NCBI GenBank assembly: GCA_023334545.1
Contig: JAADVB010000087.1
Coordinates: 2,103 to 66,102 of the forward strand
DNA: 64,000 nt
From: Salisapilia sapeloensis CBS 127946
Lineage: Eukaryota; Protista; Oomycota
Direction of reading: 5' to 3'
Shown piece after piece: positions 11,614 through 23,135 of this stretch. The notes under the pieces were generated by a model. It saw nothing but the letters and a program-made list of their open reading frames with translations, did not search any database and was not told the DNA's origin. Position numbers and translations under genes: made by a program. How positions within the stretch are numbered: position 1 is the first letter of the stretch; each line of letters opens with the position of its first letter.

Positions 11614-13686
11614 ATGCCCAAGCAGAGGGTAGTGGACAAAGGAGCCGTGCAGGCAGCGTTTGTCGAAGCTATAAAGGCTGATTTTAATGACTTGATAGAT
11701 CTTTTTACGCAGAAGGTACGTCATGTTCACTTCTCATTCTACTTTTTAGAGAAAGCAACTCATTAAACTAATGACCAAGAGTACGAATACTAATACGCCA
11801 TCAATGGATAGGATGCGATCAATTTTTCTACTTGGAAAACGCTTTGGACTAGTAAACGGATGTCAACTGTCTTTCACGCTGATTTTCGAGGTAGTAATCC
11901 AACCAAAGTCCACGAAACAATTCTTCAGATAGCATTGGACATCCTATTAAATTGGCTGAAGGAGTACAATTTGGAGGCAAATGTCGTCGTGGACACTTCT
12001 AGTCTCATTGCACGCGTGTTTGTCTTATATACGGCATATATGACCCAGTTGTCTACGCCTCGGATTAAATTTCAAATTGATCTTCAGTCATGGGGATGCT
12101 TAATGCAAATATACAGCATCTTGCGTACGAACAGTCTGCATACAGGGGCAATAAAGGAAGTCATTGCAATGCTACGTAAGCTTGATGTCGAAGAAAATGC
12201 GTTCGTGAAGTGCCTTTATCCTCTATCTGCTCCATCCGACGTGTCCAAACAAGCGAGTTTAAACGACTATTTGAATCGTATCCATCATCCAATCTCAGAC
12301 GTGAACGACAGTTATGACGGCTCTACGACCGATGGAACAGACCTGTCTGTCTTTCGTACATTGGGAGAGTCGTACAAAACTTATACAGACGCTTTCAAGA
12401 AGGAATTGACGCAATCCGATACACGCCACCGAAATACCGCACGTATGAGCAGAGCGAAGCCGTTGATCCGTACAGGTCAGTTAAAGAAACTGACGGATGC
12501 AGTGGCGAGCCAGCATGAGAGCATGAAGTTATTTCATGATCAGCTTGATGCGATCATAAATGCTCCAGAGGAATCATTTGAACCGCCATCGAAGCCTCAG
12601 GTGAAAGAGGAGGTGGAGGAAGAAGACGATGGTGGTGGCTTGTCGGAGCTGGAGGATGCTTTGATGGAGGACATGGACACCCGTGACGATGGCGTAGAAA
12701 AAGATAAAACGGAAGAACTTGCAGAAAGTTGGCCAAGTGAATCGAACGATGAAGACAATATTCTGTTTGCGTTGGAGAATGAGCTGTTAGAAGGTTTGCA
12801 CCATTCAGAGACGGCTGTGTCCAAGTCTTCGAATAATGAGGTTGCGAAACCAGGGAACAATGCTGACATGAAGGTTGGGGCACGACAAGAAGCGATGTCA
12901 AGGAAGAGCTCAGGCGACAAACAGAAACAAAAGAGCAAAGAAAACCCACGGAAGAACTCTAGAAGCCGAGTATCACCCACTCGAACTGAACCAACGAATG
13001 TATCCGCTGATCATGTTACTCCAGCTCTGTCTGACGACGGATTGGACGAACTTGAACGAGAGTTGAGTGAATCTCCTACGAAGAAATCCGAAAAGTCGAA
13101 TGAAAAGACAAGAAATACAAAAAGAAAAGAAATGGAGAAGACTTCTGCTCAAACGGCAGAAGATGACGAGGTGGCTTCTTTGGTGAAAGAACTAGGTAGA
13201 CCACCACCAGGAGCTGCACCGAAGCGACAAAAGACGACAAAAGCAGCAGCCACTTTCACTGCAGATGATGCGTTATCAGAACTGGAGAAGGAACTGGAAG
13301 TAGGTGAGAAGACAACGACCATCTCAACAACGAAAAAGCTCAAGGCTACTGCTCCAAAGCAGACAAAAAGTGGTGGAAGCAGACGAGGTCGACAAAGTGA
13401 ACAGAAGAAGCCAGCTAAGCCACCGACCTGGAAGCAAAAGCCGAAGCCTGTACCTCCGAAAGTACCGTTGGAGATGAAGATAAAAAGTCATAGCATAGTA
13501 GAGGAAAGCGATGAGGATGCAGATCCACTGTCTGAACTGGAAAAGGAGATAAATCGGTCCATCGAGCCAATTGACCAAGGAGATCAAGTTACCAGAAACA
13601 TGGATTCTGGCGAGGAGACTGTCACAAACGATGGACTGGATGAGCTTGAGGCAGAACTTATGTCCGCCGATACAAACTTGTCCTAG
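11614..13686 (+). CDS. SNAPC1: SNAPc subunit 1 (SNAP43)-like protein with a long disordered acidic tail
   Basis: Exon 1 (KADFNDLIDLFTQK) splices to DAINFSTWKTLWTSKRMSTVF...ARVFVLYTAYMTQLSTPRIKFQIDLQSW...MLRKLDVEENAF. By eye this resembles the SNAPC1 domain (D...L...F......F..W....F..IF...LY.LY.TQ...P..KI.V.L..W...FRKL....AF). The C-terminal ~400 aa are low complexity. Confidence 0.7.
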
Positions 13687-13840
13687 ACAAAAGCTTCGAG
13701 TAGAGTAGACTGGCCGTGTCCTCTTCCTATGATTGAATAAACAACCGTACAGGATACTCTTTTAGTATTAAAAATTGTATACGATCTTCTATTTTGGACT
13801 ATATTAAGCCTCGGACATTTGAAAACTTTAGTCGAAAAAG

Positions 13841-15642
13841 ATGAGTGACATGGCGAATGTCGATCCGATGCAAGCAGTACTGTGACTATAATTGCTTCTA
13901 GCGCATCCTATGGTGTTTTTACTAATGCTTTTATATGTATTTAGGCACTGCTGAAGCAGATAAGCATTGTCAAGTCTCTCGGAGAAGAGCACGGCGACTG
14001 TACGCATTGACTAGGAGCTTCCCTTGGCATCTTCCGTACTAATACCATCTATTTCGAATCATACAGTCAGCTCTGAGCTTTCCCAAGACCTGTCTAAACT
14101 AGGTCTATTGTATATTATGAGTGGAGAGTACGACCAGGCTCTCCCAGTACTTCACAAGCGCCTTGTCATCCATGAAAAGTATGGACCAGGTACATCATCT
14201 CTTTCTTCGCACTAGGTCAAGAGAAATTTCATAATCGAGTAATATCGCATAGAAATCTCGATTGGAGAGACATTGCAGACACTAGGGACTGCATACCGAC
14301 TACATGGTCAGCCAGAGATCGCGCATAGTCACTTGACTCGGGCGCTCGAGATTTGGAAAAAGTGTCATGGCGAAAACAGCTTAAAAGTAGCAGAAACACT
14401 CAACAGCTTGTCTCTCTTAGATCTCAGGTACGCCTGCCTTGTACATCCACCTAGTCAATTCTTGGGCCTGACTATTCGTATAGCAGCACAACAGACGACG
14501 CAACACACGAAGATTATCAAGTCCAAAGCCTCCAATTGCTGTACGACATCTCGGAACCTGAAGACATGGACAGTGAAGACGTGCCATGGGAAGTGTTTAA
14601 GCGACTGAAGAAGCAGCAAGGACCAACGACAGCAGCGAATAGCTTAACTTTATTAAAAGCAAATCTGCGTAAATGTACCATGCAGGCAGTGAGTATGGCT
14701 CCAGTGGAAAGGCAGCTATCAGCCTCTCGACCATTAGTCGTCGAGAGGTCAGTTTCTCAGATGGGCCCTCCAACTACAATCAACACTGATATTGTGTCAC
14801 CGACACTACCGAACATGGGCATGCCGTCCAACTCCCAGCATTCTCTCACGGATGCCATTGCACTAGATACGAACGAAAGCATTGATAGGGAACTTGGGCC
14901 TGACCTCTCACAACTGCCAGACCTGTCTGCACTAGATCAGGCGTTGGAGCCGCATCCATTGGATCCGAATCCACTAGATACGACCCTCCCTCCTATCAGT
15001 GACGCTTTTGCCACTGCTACAGCGACAAGATCGGAAGACGTGGCATCGGAGATGGATGATCTTCAGAAACGAGTGGAAAAGATCAAAAGGCATGTACTCT
15101 CTGGCGCACCAACGGCAGACGATGAGATTGATGAGCTTCAGGCGCATATTGATAGCCTCGCAGGTATCGAGTTGAAAGCTGCAGGCCGTGCGATGATGTC
15201 GCTACTGAGGGAACTCGTTCGAATGGTCTCTGGACCGGATAAGCCTACTGCGAACGGTAGTTTGCCGACGCTGGAAGGAATTTTAGAAAAGAAGAGTGCG
15301 TCGATCTTTCGAGGGTGGGAGAAGCGGTGGTTCACGGTGGATCCGAGGACGTTCGTGCTGTCCTACTACTTCAGTCGAGACGACCAGATGCGAGGGTTTG
15401 CACCTCGAGGTGGCTTTTCACTGGCACGGGTGACGGATATTCAAGTAAAGGATAAAGTGCCTGGCACGAGTTTCCAATTTGATTTGTTGGTGGATTTGAG
15501 CACTCGACAAAATCCCAATTGGTCTCGTAAGTACGAACTACGATGCGAAACGGAGGATGAGTTGAGGTACTGGATGACGACGCTACATCGGTACAAGGCG
15601 AGTATGGGACAAGGCACGGCACCTCGACCTACCACGGCATAA
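13841..15642 (+). CDS. TPR-repeat plus C-terminal PH-domain protein (multi-exon)
   Basis: Spliced N-terminal kinesin-light-chain-like TPRs (LSKLGLLYIMSGEYDQALPVLHKRLVIHEK; LQTLGTAYRLHGQPEIAHSHLTRALEIWKK..GENSLKVAETLNSL). C-terminal PH domain LEGILEKK..SIFRGWEKRWF...YELRCETEDELRYWMTTL. Exon junctions are partly inferred. Confidence 0.8.
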
Positions 15643-15846
15643 TTGGTTTTGTGGATGGATGCCGGTAGAAAGTAGTGAATTGCCATTGTAGGCTCTTGCT
15701 AGGAAAATTCTAGGACGTGGTAATGATACATGCTATCTTTGGTGTTGACGCTCCTTTCATGTCTGGGATGTGCAGAGTAGTTACCTCTTCCTGAGTAGTC
15801 GCCTGGGTGCTCTCGGCATCCGTTATACTGACTTTTGAGCGGCAGG

Positions 15847-18800
15847 ATGGATGCTGGACAAGGAGACAGTATTGTACTCGAGGAAGAGATCGATCCGAAC
15901 TATGAGCCTTCCGAGAAAGAAGTGATAGAATATGCAACGTGGCTTGGAATGGACTTGGAAGCGGAGAAGGACCTTTTCTGGATCGCAAGGGAAGGTTTAA
16001 AGGTAAAAAGCGATGTGTCATAAGGAGCGAGCTAGTGACATATATGATGGCCTTAGGCACCACTTCCAGAAGATTGGAAACCTTGTAAGACGACGGATAC
16101 GGGCGAAATCTACTACTTTAACTTTACATCAGGGGAAAGCACGTGGGATCATCCTTGTGACGAGGTATTGTCCTATGCATTTGCTCACTTGATACGTTGG
16201 TTCTCAAGAGATGCATGCAAAGTTTTATCGGAATTTGTACGCCGAGCATAAGAAAAAACGAGTGCAGTCGACTATGTCTCCAGTATTGTCTCCTAGCATC
16301 AACTGTATGACGGTTCTCTTAACTGCATGAGTAGGATACTGACGACAGGAAACAAAAGGAGAAGGAGGATGTGGCAGAACTTTTGGGCAAGAAAAAATCT
16401 GGGAGCAAGAAGAAGAAACGGCAGGTACTCGCACCGGCCACTCAGCTCGCTCCTCCGACACTTGGAACATTGGAAAAGAAGCCGTTGCCTGGGTTATCCA
16501 ACGTTAGGTCGTTAAATTCGAGCTTGTCTGGACTAGCGGATACGAAATTGAGTCATTCGCTTGGCAAGATTGGAAATAACGATGAAGTAAAGGGGATAGA
16601 GAGAAAGGAATCGTTACCAGAACCGCTTGCACTTAATGCACTGGCAAAGCCGGTGTTGGGAAATGTTCGACAGACTCCCTCAGTAGGAGCTCTTCCATCT
16701 TCGACGCCAAGGACAAGCTTGGGTGACCAAACGACCATACAAAGTAGTTTTAACGACCAAAAGCAAGGACTGGAGGAAGATTTAACACGCCAGAAAGCAG
16801 AGTTGGAAGAGAAGCATCAAGAAGAGGTTGCCAAGATGCAAAAGAAATTTGAAGACGAACTGTTAGACTTGGAGCAAGAAGCAGACAATAAGCGAAAGTC
16901 AAAGAAGCGAGAGCTTGATAGAAAGTTAAACGACATTGAGGATGAATTTGATAAGAAGGAAAACAACTTGCGGCGGGAGTGGAAGGACAAGTTAAAGAAA
17001 TTGGAGGTGGAAATGAAATCTCAAATGGAGGAACGATCGCGTACTTTGGGTAAAGAGATGGCTCACGAAGTGGAGTTAGAGCAAAAGAGTCATGACAAAA
17101 AGCTCCAAGACATGCGAAATAAGTACGAAAAGGAAGAGAAGGAGCTCAAAGCATCGCTAGTCCAGAAGGTTGGTGAGATGAAATCAATGAATGAATTGGG
17201 GGACCAAGTTTCTCGCTTGAAGAATATTATTGAAAGTACGAAAGATGAACTGGAGCGGACGCAGCGAGTGAAAAGTAACGAAATGCAACTACTCCAGGAG
17301 AAATACGATGCTACTGTGGTGCAAGCAAAGGAGTTACAAAAACAATTGGATGGTATCAATATCAAGTCAGATGTGGACTCTGTACCAGTGACTTGCGGTA
17401 AGTGCGGCGAGCTACAAGAAGCTATGAATAAACTAAAGACGGAGTGGGAAGAAAAAGAATTAGCATTGAATGGTGAAGTGATAAAGCACAAGGAAAAAAT
17501 TGAAGAGGTGCGGCAGAATGCAGAACAGCAGATTGAAGAGATACGGCAAAATGCAGAAAAGCAGATTGAAGAAATGCAAGGATTAGAAACAAACCTTGTT
17601 GATACGAAAGCGAGAGAAGATGCTTTAACAGAGAAGCTTTTAGAAAGTGAAAAGCAAGTTGCTGAGTGCAAAACAGAGATAGAGGCATTACGCTTCCAAC
17701 TGAGTGAAGCAACGAACGCTGCAAGTGTAAATGCTGAAGCACTTAGTGATGCAGGCCAAAGCGACATAAATGATATGCAGGTTCAGATTCAGACCCAGCA
17801 AGCAACTATAAGGTCTCTAGAGGAACAAATTGTGTCTTTCAAGGAGGAACTGAGCACTCGAGAAGTTTCCATCGAGCAAAATAATTTGTCGAAGGCATCC
17901 CCAAGCGATCGTTCACTTGAAGAAGAAGCAATCCGCGCAGTAACCGTCGAGCGAGATGGTTTGCTTTCGCAGGTTGAGGATCTACGGGAAGAAAATTCTG
18001 TACTTGAGACAACGAATGAACAGATAAAGCAGCAGCTACTGAAGGAATCACGAGAGTGCGGTCGACTGCGCGATCTTTGTGATTCGAAGGAGGGAGAAAT
18101 GAGCAAAATAAATGCGCAAATGCAGGAGTTTCAGCAGAAGATTGCTCGGTTGGAGACCGAGGCAGCACGTAATAACAAACAAGAGGTAGAACAACAAGTT
18201 GAGAATGAAAATGAGAGTATAAAACGTCTCGAACAGGAGTGTGAAAAGCTAAAAAAGCAAATCACGGATCAACAGGTAGATTTAGAGAAAGCAAAGATCG
18301 AATTAGATACAGCAGAGCTACAAATGCAGGAGATGAAAGCGAAAATAGAGAAAGATGGAAGCAATACAACGCAGATGAAGATGGAGAAAGACGAATTGCA
18401 GATTAAAATAGACACTTTATCTACAGAGAATGATTCACTCACAAACTCAATGAGGGAGTTGGAAGATGTTATGCTAAAATTGAAAGAAAGCCACAGCCAA
18501 GTTACCACGCAAAATTCGATATTAGAGTCTAAATGTCAGGAACACGAGGAAGAAGTACAAAAGCAATTAGCCGAAGTCAGTCGATTAGTTCAAGAACTGG
18601 AGATACAGAAGAAGAATGGGAATGAAAAAGCGTTGGTAGTATCCAATTTACGAACAGATGTGGAAATGTTGGAAAAGCAACTTGATGAGTCGCAACGAAT
18701 GCTTCGTGAAGTACGCTCCCAGACATCTAAAGCGATGAAAGATGGTGAGTCTGTGCTTCGGTACGAAATGACGTCGTTGGAAACCAGATTGGAAGAGGCG

Positions 18801-21272
18801 CAAGACCAAATAAGCAGCTTGGCAAAAGAAAAAGCACGATTGGAACAACGGTGTTCCCTTCTGTCGGAAGAGCGGGATGGTGGCAGTAACCAGATCTTGC
18901 AGTTGGAGGTCGAGGTCGATCGGCTTAAGAAAATGGAGAAAGAATACGAGCACGCGTCTATTCGACTTAAGCAGGCCCAAGTTGATAAAGACGAACTTAT
19001 TATGCAACTAGATGCAGAGAAAGCTTCTGTAGTACGACTAGAAAACGAAAAAAGGAACATGGAGAAGACTGCGGTTACATTAAATGCAAAGCTAAAAGAG
19101 TTGCAGGCACAGAAAGATGATGCCGAGAGTAGTCAGAAGGACAAGGAGGAACAAGTTAGAAAGTTGACGAGTGAACTCAAGAGGCTGCAGGGTGGTACCT
19201 CGATGGTAGAATGGCAAGTTAAAATGCATGAAGAAGCAGAGCAAGAGTTGGAAAGTAAGGTGGCTGCATTGGAGCAAGCCAATTGGGATAAAAGTACTAG
19301 CATCAAAGCGTTGAAGCGTGAACTGGAAGAGTATAGAAACAAAGCAGAGCTAATAGAGTCGGATAAGGGGGATGTGGAGACAAAGGTGCAAATGCTCGAG
19401 AGTCATATCAAGTCCTTGAATTGGGAGATACAAGAACTTACACGCAAGAAAAGCGAAGTAGATGAGCAATTTTCAATACTGGAAGAAGAGAAGGAGCAGG
19501 TGAACAAAAAACTGGAGGATTTGGGTAAGAAACGAAGTGAAGACACTTCCAAGATTCAGCACAGCACAACAGAAGTTGAAAGACTGTCCGACTTGTTACG
19601 ACGAGAGAAAACAAAAACGAAGGAACTTGAATTGAATTTAAATGTGCTCGAAAAGAAACTGGTAGATGTCCGGAAACAAACGGCCATCGACGCTGTCATG
19701 CTTGAGTCGCAGAAACAATCGATTGGACACCATGGAGCATCAAATCAATCCGAGACATGGTCTTCCAATGCGTTTGGAAAGCGTGAGCTAGAGGAACAAT
19801 TCGAGAGCACGTCTTCACAGCTGGATGTATCGCTTCGGCGCATCGCGGCAATGGAGATGAAGTGCCGGGAACAAGCATTGGAAATCGATTCGCTTACAGC
19901 TGAATTAGCTTCTGTTCGACACGCTTGTGATAAGCTACACACCAGTGCGTTGGAAGCTCTACCTTTTATGGAAAGAGCAGAGTATGAACGTGAGAAGCAG
20001 GTGATACGAAGGGATCATGCCAAACAGCTTCGGTTCTTCCGAGATCGAGAAGAAAAAGCGTTTGAGAGGAACAAGAGCAGACTGCATGAGAATTTAGCAT
20101 CCAGCCTGGAGGATTTAACCTTAGATTTAGAGAAACGAAGGCGATCAAAAGAAATGGAGGAGGAGCGCCAGTTGTCTGAAAAGGTAGAAGACTTACGTAA
20201 AGAGTATATAAATCGGCTTCGAGACGAAGAAATGAAGTTATCGAGTGACTTTTTCACCAAGCAAAAGCAAATGCGTGACCGAAATAATGACGAACTCAAG
20301 GAAATGGAGAACAATATGGCAAGAAAGAGTTTAGAAGGCAAGAAAGAGAATGAAAGCAGACAAGCACATGCAAATGATACCCGTTTAAGTGATATGGATG
20401 ATCAAATGTCATTATCGGACGGAAGTGAAAGTTTAAAGAGCGAGGGCCTTTCGACACCGAAAGCCATAGCAAAGGGCCAGAAAAAACTTTTGAAACTATT
20501 AGACACGATGATTGTCCAGTGCCGACGGGAATTAAATGCAGAACGAAAAGAACTGAAAAAGCGCAAGTGCGAATGGGATCGAAATTGCCAGCGGACTGGA
20601 CGGTCAAGGATGGGTGCTGCGTTGTTAAAGGAGATGAAGGAGCAAATAGATCACGATACAAAGATTTGGCGTAGGAAAGTGAAGGATATTAAAGATCGAG
20701 AAGCTTGGTTAAAACGCACAAGTAATTCACCTGTAGAAGAAGGCTATTTTACAGACAATCAATCGTGCTCGGATGAAGATGACTGGATGGATAATAAGCG
20801 AGTAAACCACGAAAGGGACTCCTTTGGTTATCACGCTAGCCAACATAATCTGCCAGCGTATAACGTTCCAGATATCCATTCAACGCTCCGTAGCTACGTG
20901 GTCGATCCATTCCCTCGACCTATCCAATATGTAGTACCTTCCAACCAACTGAGCCCAGTGCAATACCAGTCTTCGTCTCCGGCTATGTACTCGAGTCCGA
21001 TGCCCGTGTTTAGTTCTCGGAGTACAAGCCAACCAATATTTTCAGGTGTGAACATTCAAAGCACTATGAGGAAACGAGAGACACCGTTCCGTTCCCAGAT
21101 TACCAAATGGGCAGATGACAGGAAGCGAGTACATGGCGCAGCATCTCAGCAGCTAGCTTGGCTCTCAAGGTTCCGAGACCAAGTTACCGAATACGAATCA
21201 AAATACAAGGGTGATCAGCAACATGAAGAGATCGAGTCGGAACTTATAAATAGCGCAGACAAAGAAATATAA
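15847..21272 (+). CDS. CEP164: CEP164-like centriolar distal-appendage protein (WW domain plus long coiled coil)
   Basis: The spliced N-terminus [30 protein letters not shown]...[53 protein letters not shown] is the characteristic CEP164 N-terminal/WW region. It is followed by a ~1600-aa E/K/Q-rich coiled-coil exon. Confidence 0.85.
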
Positions 21273-21490
21273 AATGTAAGTACTTGGCGTGTCGCTGTAG
21301 CCAGGAAAGAGAGCAGTATTTTGTATCGGAGTTCGTCCTATATGCATCGGAACAGACGAATCAGAGCTCGCCGTCGGAAATGAGGGTGGCAGAGCATCGA
21401 AAAACGCTAGGAAATCTACTTTCGAAGGTCAAAGTGCTCGATCATTTCCCTCCTATTCGTTAGCAAAAATCTTAATTCCCGTACGAAGTC

Positions 21491-22057
21491 ATGGGGAATT
21501 CCATCCCGAGCTATCTCTCGTATCCAATAGCATCACTATCGGCGTGCTGGAGTAATCACAAGTATCAAGTACTCATTTTCGGGCTCGATAGTGTTGGAAA
21601 GACCTCTCTTCTGTACCAGCTAAAGCTTGGCCAGGTTATTACGACGTTTCCGACAATCGGCTTTAACGTAGAAAATATTAGGTACAAAGGCGTGACCATC
21701 CAGGCATGGGATGTCGGCGTGCCGTGCCAAATTCGTCCAATGTGGCGACATTACGTGACGGAGCCAGGTGTCGTCGTCTTCATCGTCGATTCTACCGATC
21801 GTGAGCGACTGTCCGAAGCTGCGGCAGAATTGCACGATCTCTTTTCGTACGTCGAGTTGGAACCATTTAAGCTACTAGTTCTCGCTAATAAGCAAGATCA
21901 AGATGGATGCATCACCGTGTTGGAGATTGCCAAAGGTCTGCGTCTGGAAAACCTGGTGCATGGCAACGAGTACAAGGTACTAGGCACGTCGATCCTTACT
22001 GGTGATGGGATTACCGAAAGCCTCGAGTGGATTGCTTCGGTCATCCAACGACAATAG
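21491..22057 (+). CDS. Divergent ARF-family small GTPase, copy 1
   Basis: N-terminal MG (possible myristoylation site), GLDSVGKT, PTIGFNVE, WDVG, IRPMWRHY, VDSTDRER, NKQD. Intronless, 188 aa. Confidence 0.92.
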   Translation: MGNSIPSYLSYPIASLSACWSNHKYQVLIFGLDSVGKTSLLYQLKLGQVITTFPTIGFNVENIRYKGVTIQAWDVGVPCQIRPMWRHYVTEPGVVVFIVDSTDRERLSEAAAELHDLFSYVELEPFKLLVLANKQDQDGCITVLEIAKGLRLENLVHGNEYKVLGTSILTGDGITESLEWIASVIQRQ

Positions 22058-22145
22058 GCAGGATGCCAATGATCGAATATATATCATCAATACAACGTAA
22101 ATTTAAAAAAATCTTTTCCTTGCTTGCAACGCAAACCAACTAAGA

Positions 22146-22246
22146 GTCCGAAAACAGACTACCAAGTACGAGTCGCAATACAAGGCGATCAGCAGCATCA
22201 AGCGGTTGAGTTAGAATTTATAAATAGAGCAGATAAGGAAATGTAA
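22146..22246 (+). pseudogene. Relic copy of the CEP164-like 3' coding end
   Basis: cagactaccaagtacgagtcgcaatacaaggcgatcagcagcatcaagcggttgagttagaatttataaatagagcagataaggaaatgtaa aligns to the last ~30 codons of the CEP164-like gene ([30 protein letters not shown]) with a 1-bp deletion. Confidence 0.85.
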
Positions 22247-22465
22247 CGTTAAACTTTTCCGCATGTCGTCGTAGTTAGTAAGACGTACAGCATCTTACAT
22301 TAGCACTCGTGGTGCGTATATCGGGACAAGCGAATCAGAACTCGCCACCGGAATTTACGGTGGCAGAGCTTTAAACGGCGCGTAGTAACCTACTTTCGAA
22401 GGCAGCAATGCTTACTTATTACTCAATCAGAAGATAGCAAAGAACTTGAATCACCTGTCTAAGAC

Positions 22466-23035
22466 ATGGGGAATTCCATTTCGAGCTATTTATCTTCTCC
22501 ATTTGCATCGTTATCAGCGTGCTGGAGTAGTCACAAGCATCAAGTATTTATTTTCGGCCTCGATAATGCTGGGAAAACCACTCTTTTGTATCAACTCAAG
22601 CTCGGTGAAGCGGTCACGCCGATCCGGACCGTTGGCTTTAATGTGGAAGATATTCGATGTAATGGCATAGTCATTCAGGCATGGGATATCGGTATGACGT
22701 GTCAGATTCGTCCATTTTGGCAGCATTACATGATTGAACCAGGTGTAGCCGTCTTCGTTGTTGATTCCAACGATCGTGAGCGACTACACGAAGCTGCATC
22801 AAAACTGCACGATATCCTTTCATACGACAAGTTAAAGCATTTTCAGCTCCTGATCCTCGCTAACAAACAGGACCGAGATGGGTGTATGACCGTGCCGGAG
22901 GTTACCAAAGGTCTGCATCTGGAAGATCTAATGCACAACGAGTACAAGGTGCGAGGTGTATCCACACTTACTGGTGATGGTGTTACCGAAAGTCTCGAGT
23001 GGATTGTGTCTGCCCTCCAAGGACAAGAGGCATGA
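22466..23035 (+). CDS. Divergent ARF-family small GTPase, copy 2
   Basis: MGNSIS, GLDNAGKT, RTVGFNVE, WDIG, IRPFWQHY, VDSNDRER, NKQD. Intronless, 189 aa, colinear with copy 1. Confidence 0.92.
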   Translation: MGNSISSYLSSPFASLSACWSSHKHQVFIFGLDNAGKTTLLYQLKLGEAVTPIRTVGFNVEDIRCNGIVIQAWDIGMTCQIRPFWQHYMIEPGVAVFVVDSNDRERLHEAASKLHDILSYDKLKHFQLLILANKQDRDGCMTVPEVTKGLHLEDLMHNEYKVRGVSTLTGDGVTESLEWIVSALQGQEA

Positions 23036-23135
23036 GGCCAACGGTCAAATGCAACTTTATGAATGCAAAGTAAAGTTTAGACAAACAATTTTTCTTTTCC
23101 TTCTTCGCAATGCAGATCCACTTGAGCTAAAGCTG

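Larger units (their letters stand above)
21171..23115 (+). repeat. Diverged ~975-bp direct tandem duplication (units ~21171-22140 and ~22146-23115)
   Basis: The ARF ATGs are 975 bp apart (21491, 22466). Upstream blocks align (gaatcagagctcgccgtcggaa / gaatcagaactcgccaccggaa; ctactttcgaagg in both). Downstream blocks also align (tcttttccttgcttgcaacgca / tcttttccttcttcgcaatgca). Confidence 0.9.

Noticed and set aside
17504-17575. 33-bp tandem repeat ([11 protein letters not shown] / [11 protein letters not shown]) in the CEP164-like coiled coil
   Set aside because: A two-copy in-frame slippage duplication, ordinary in coiled-coil proteins.
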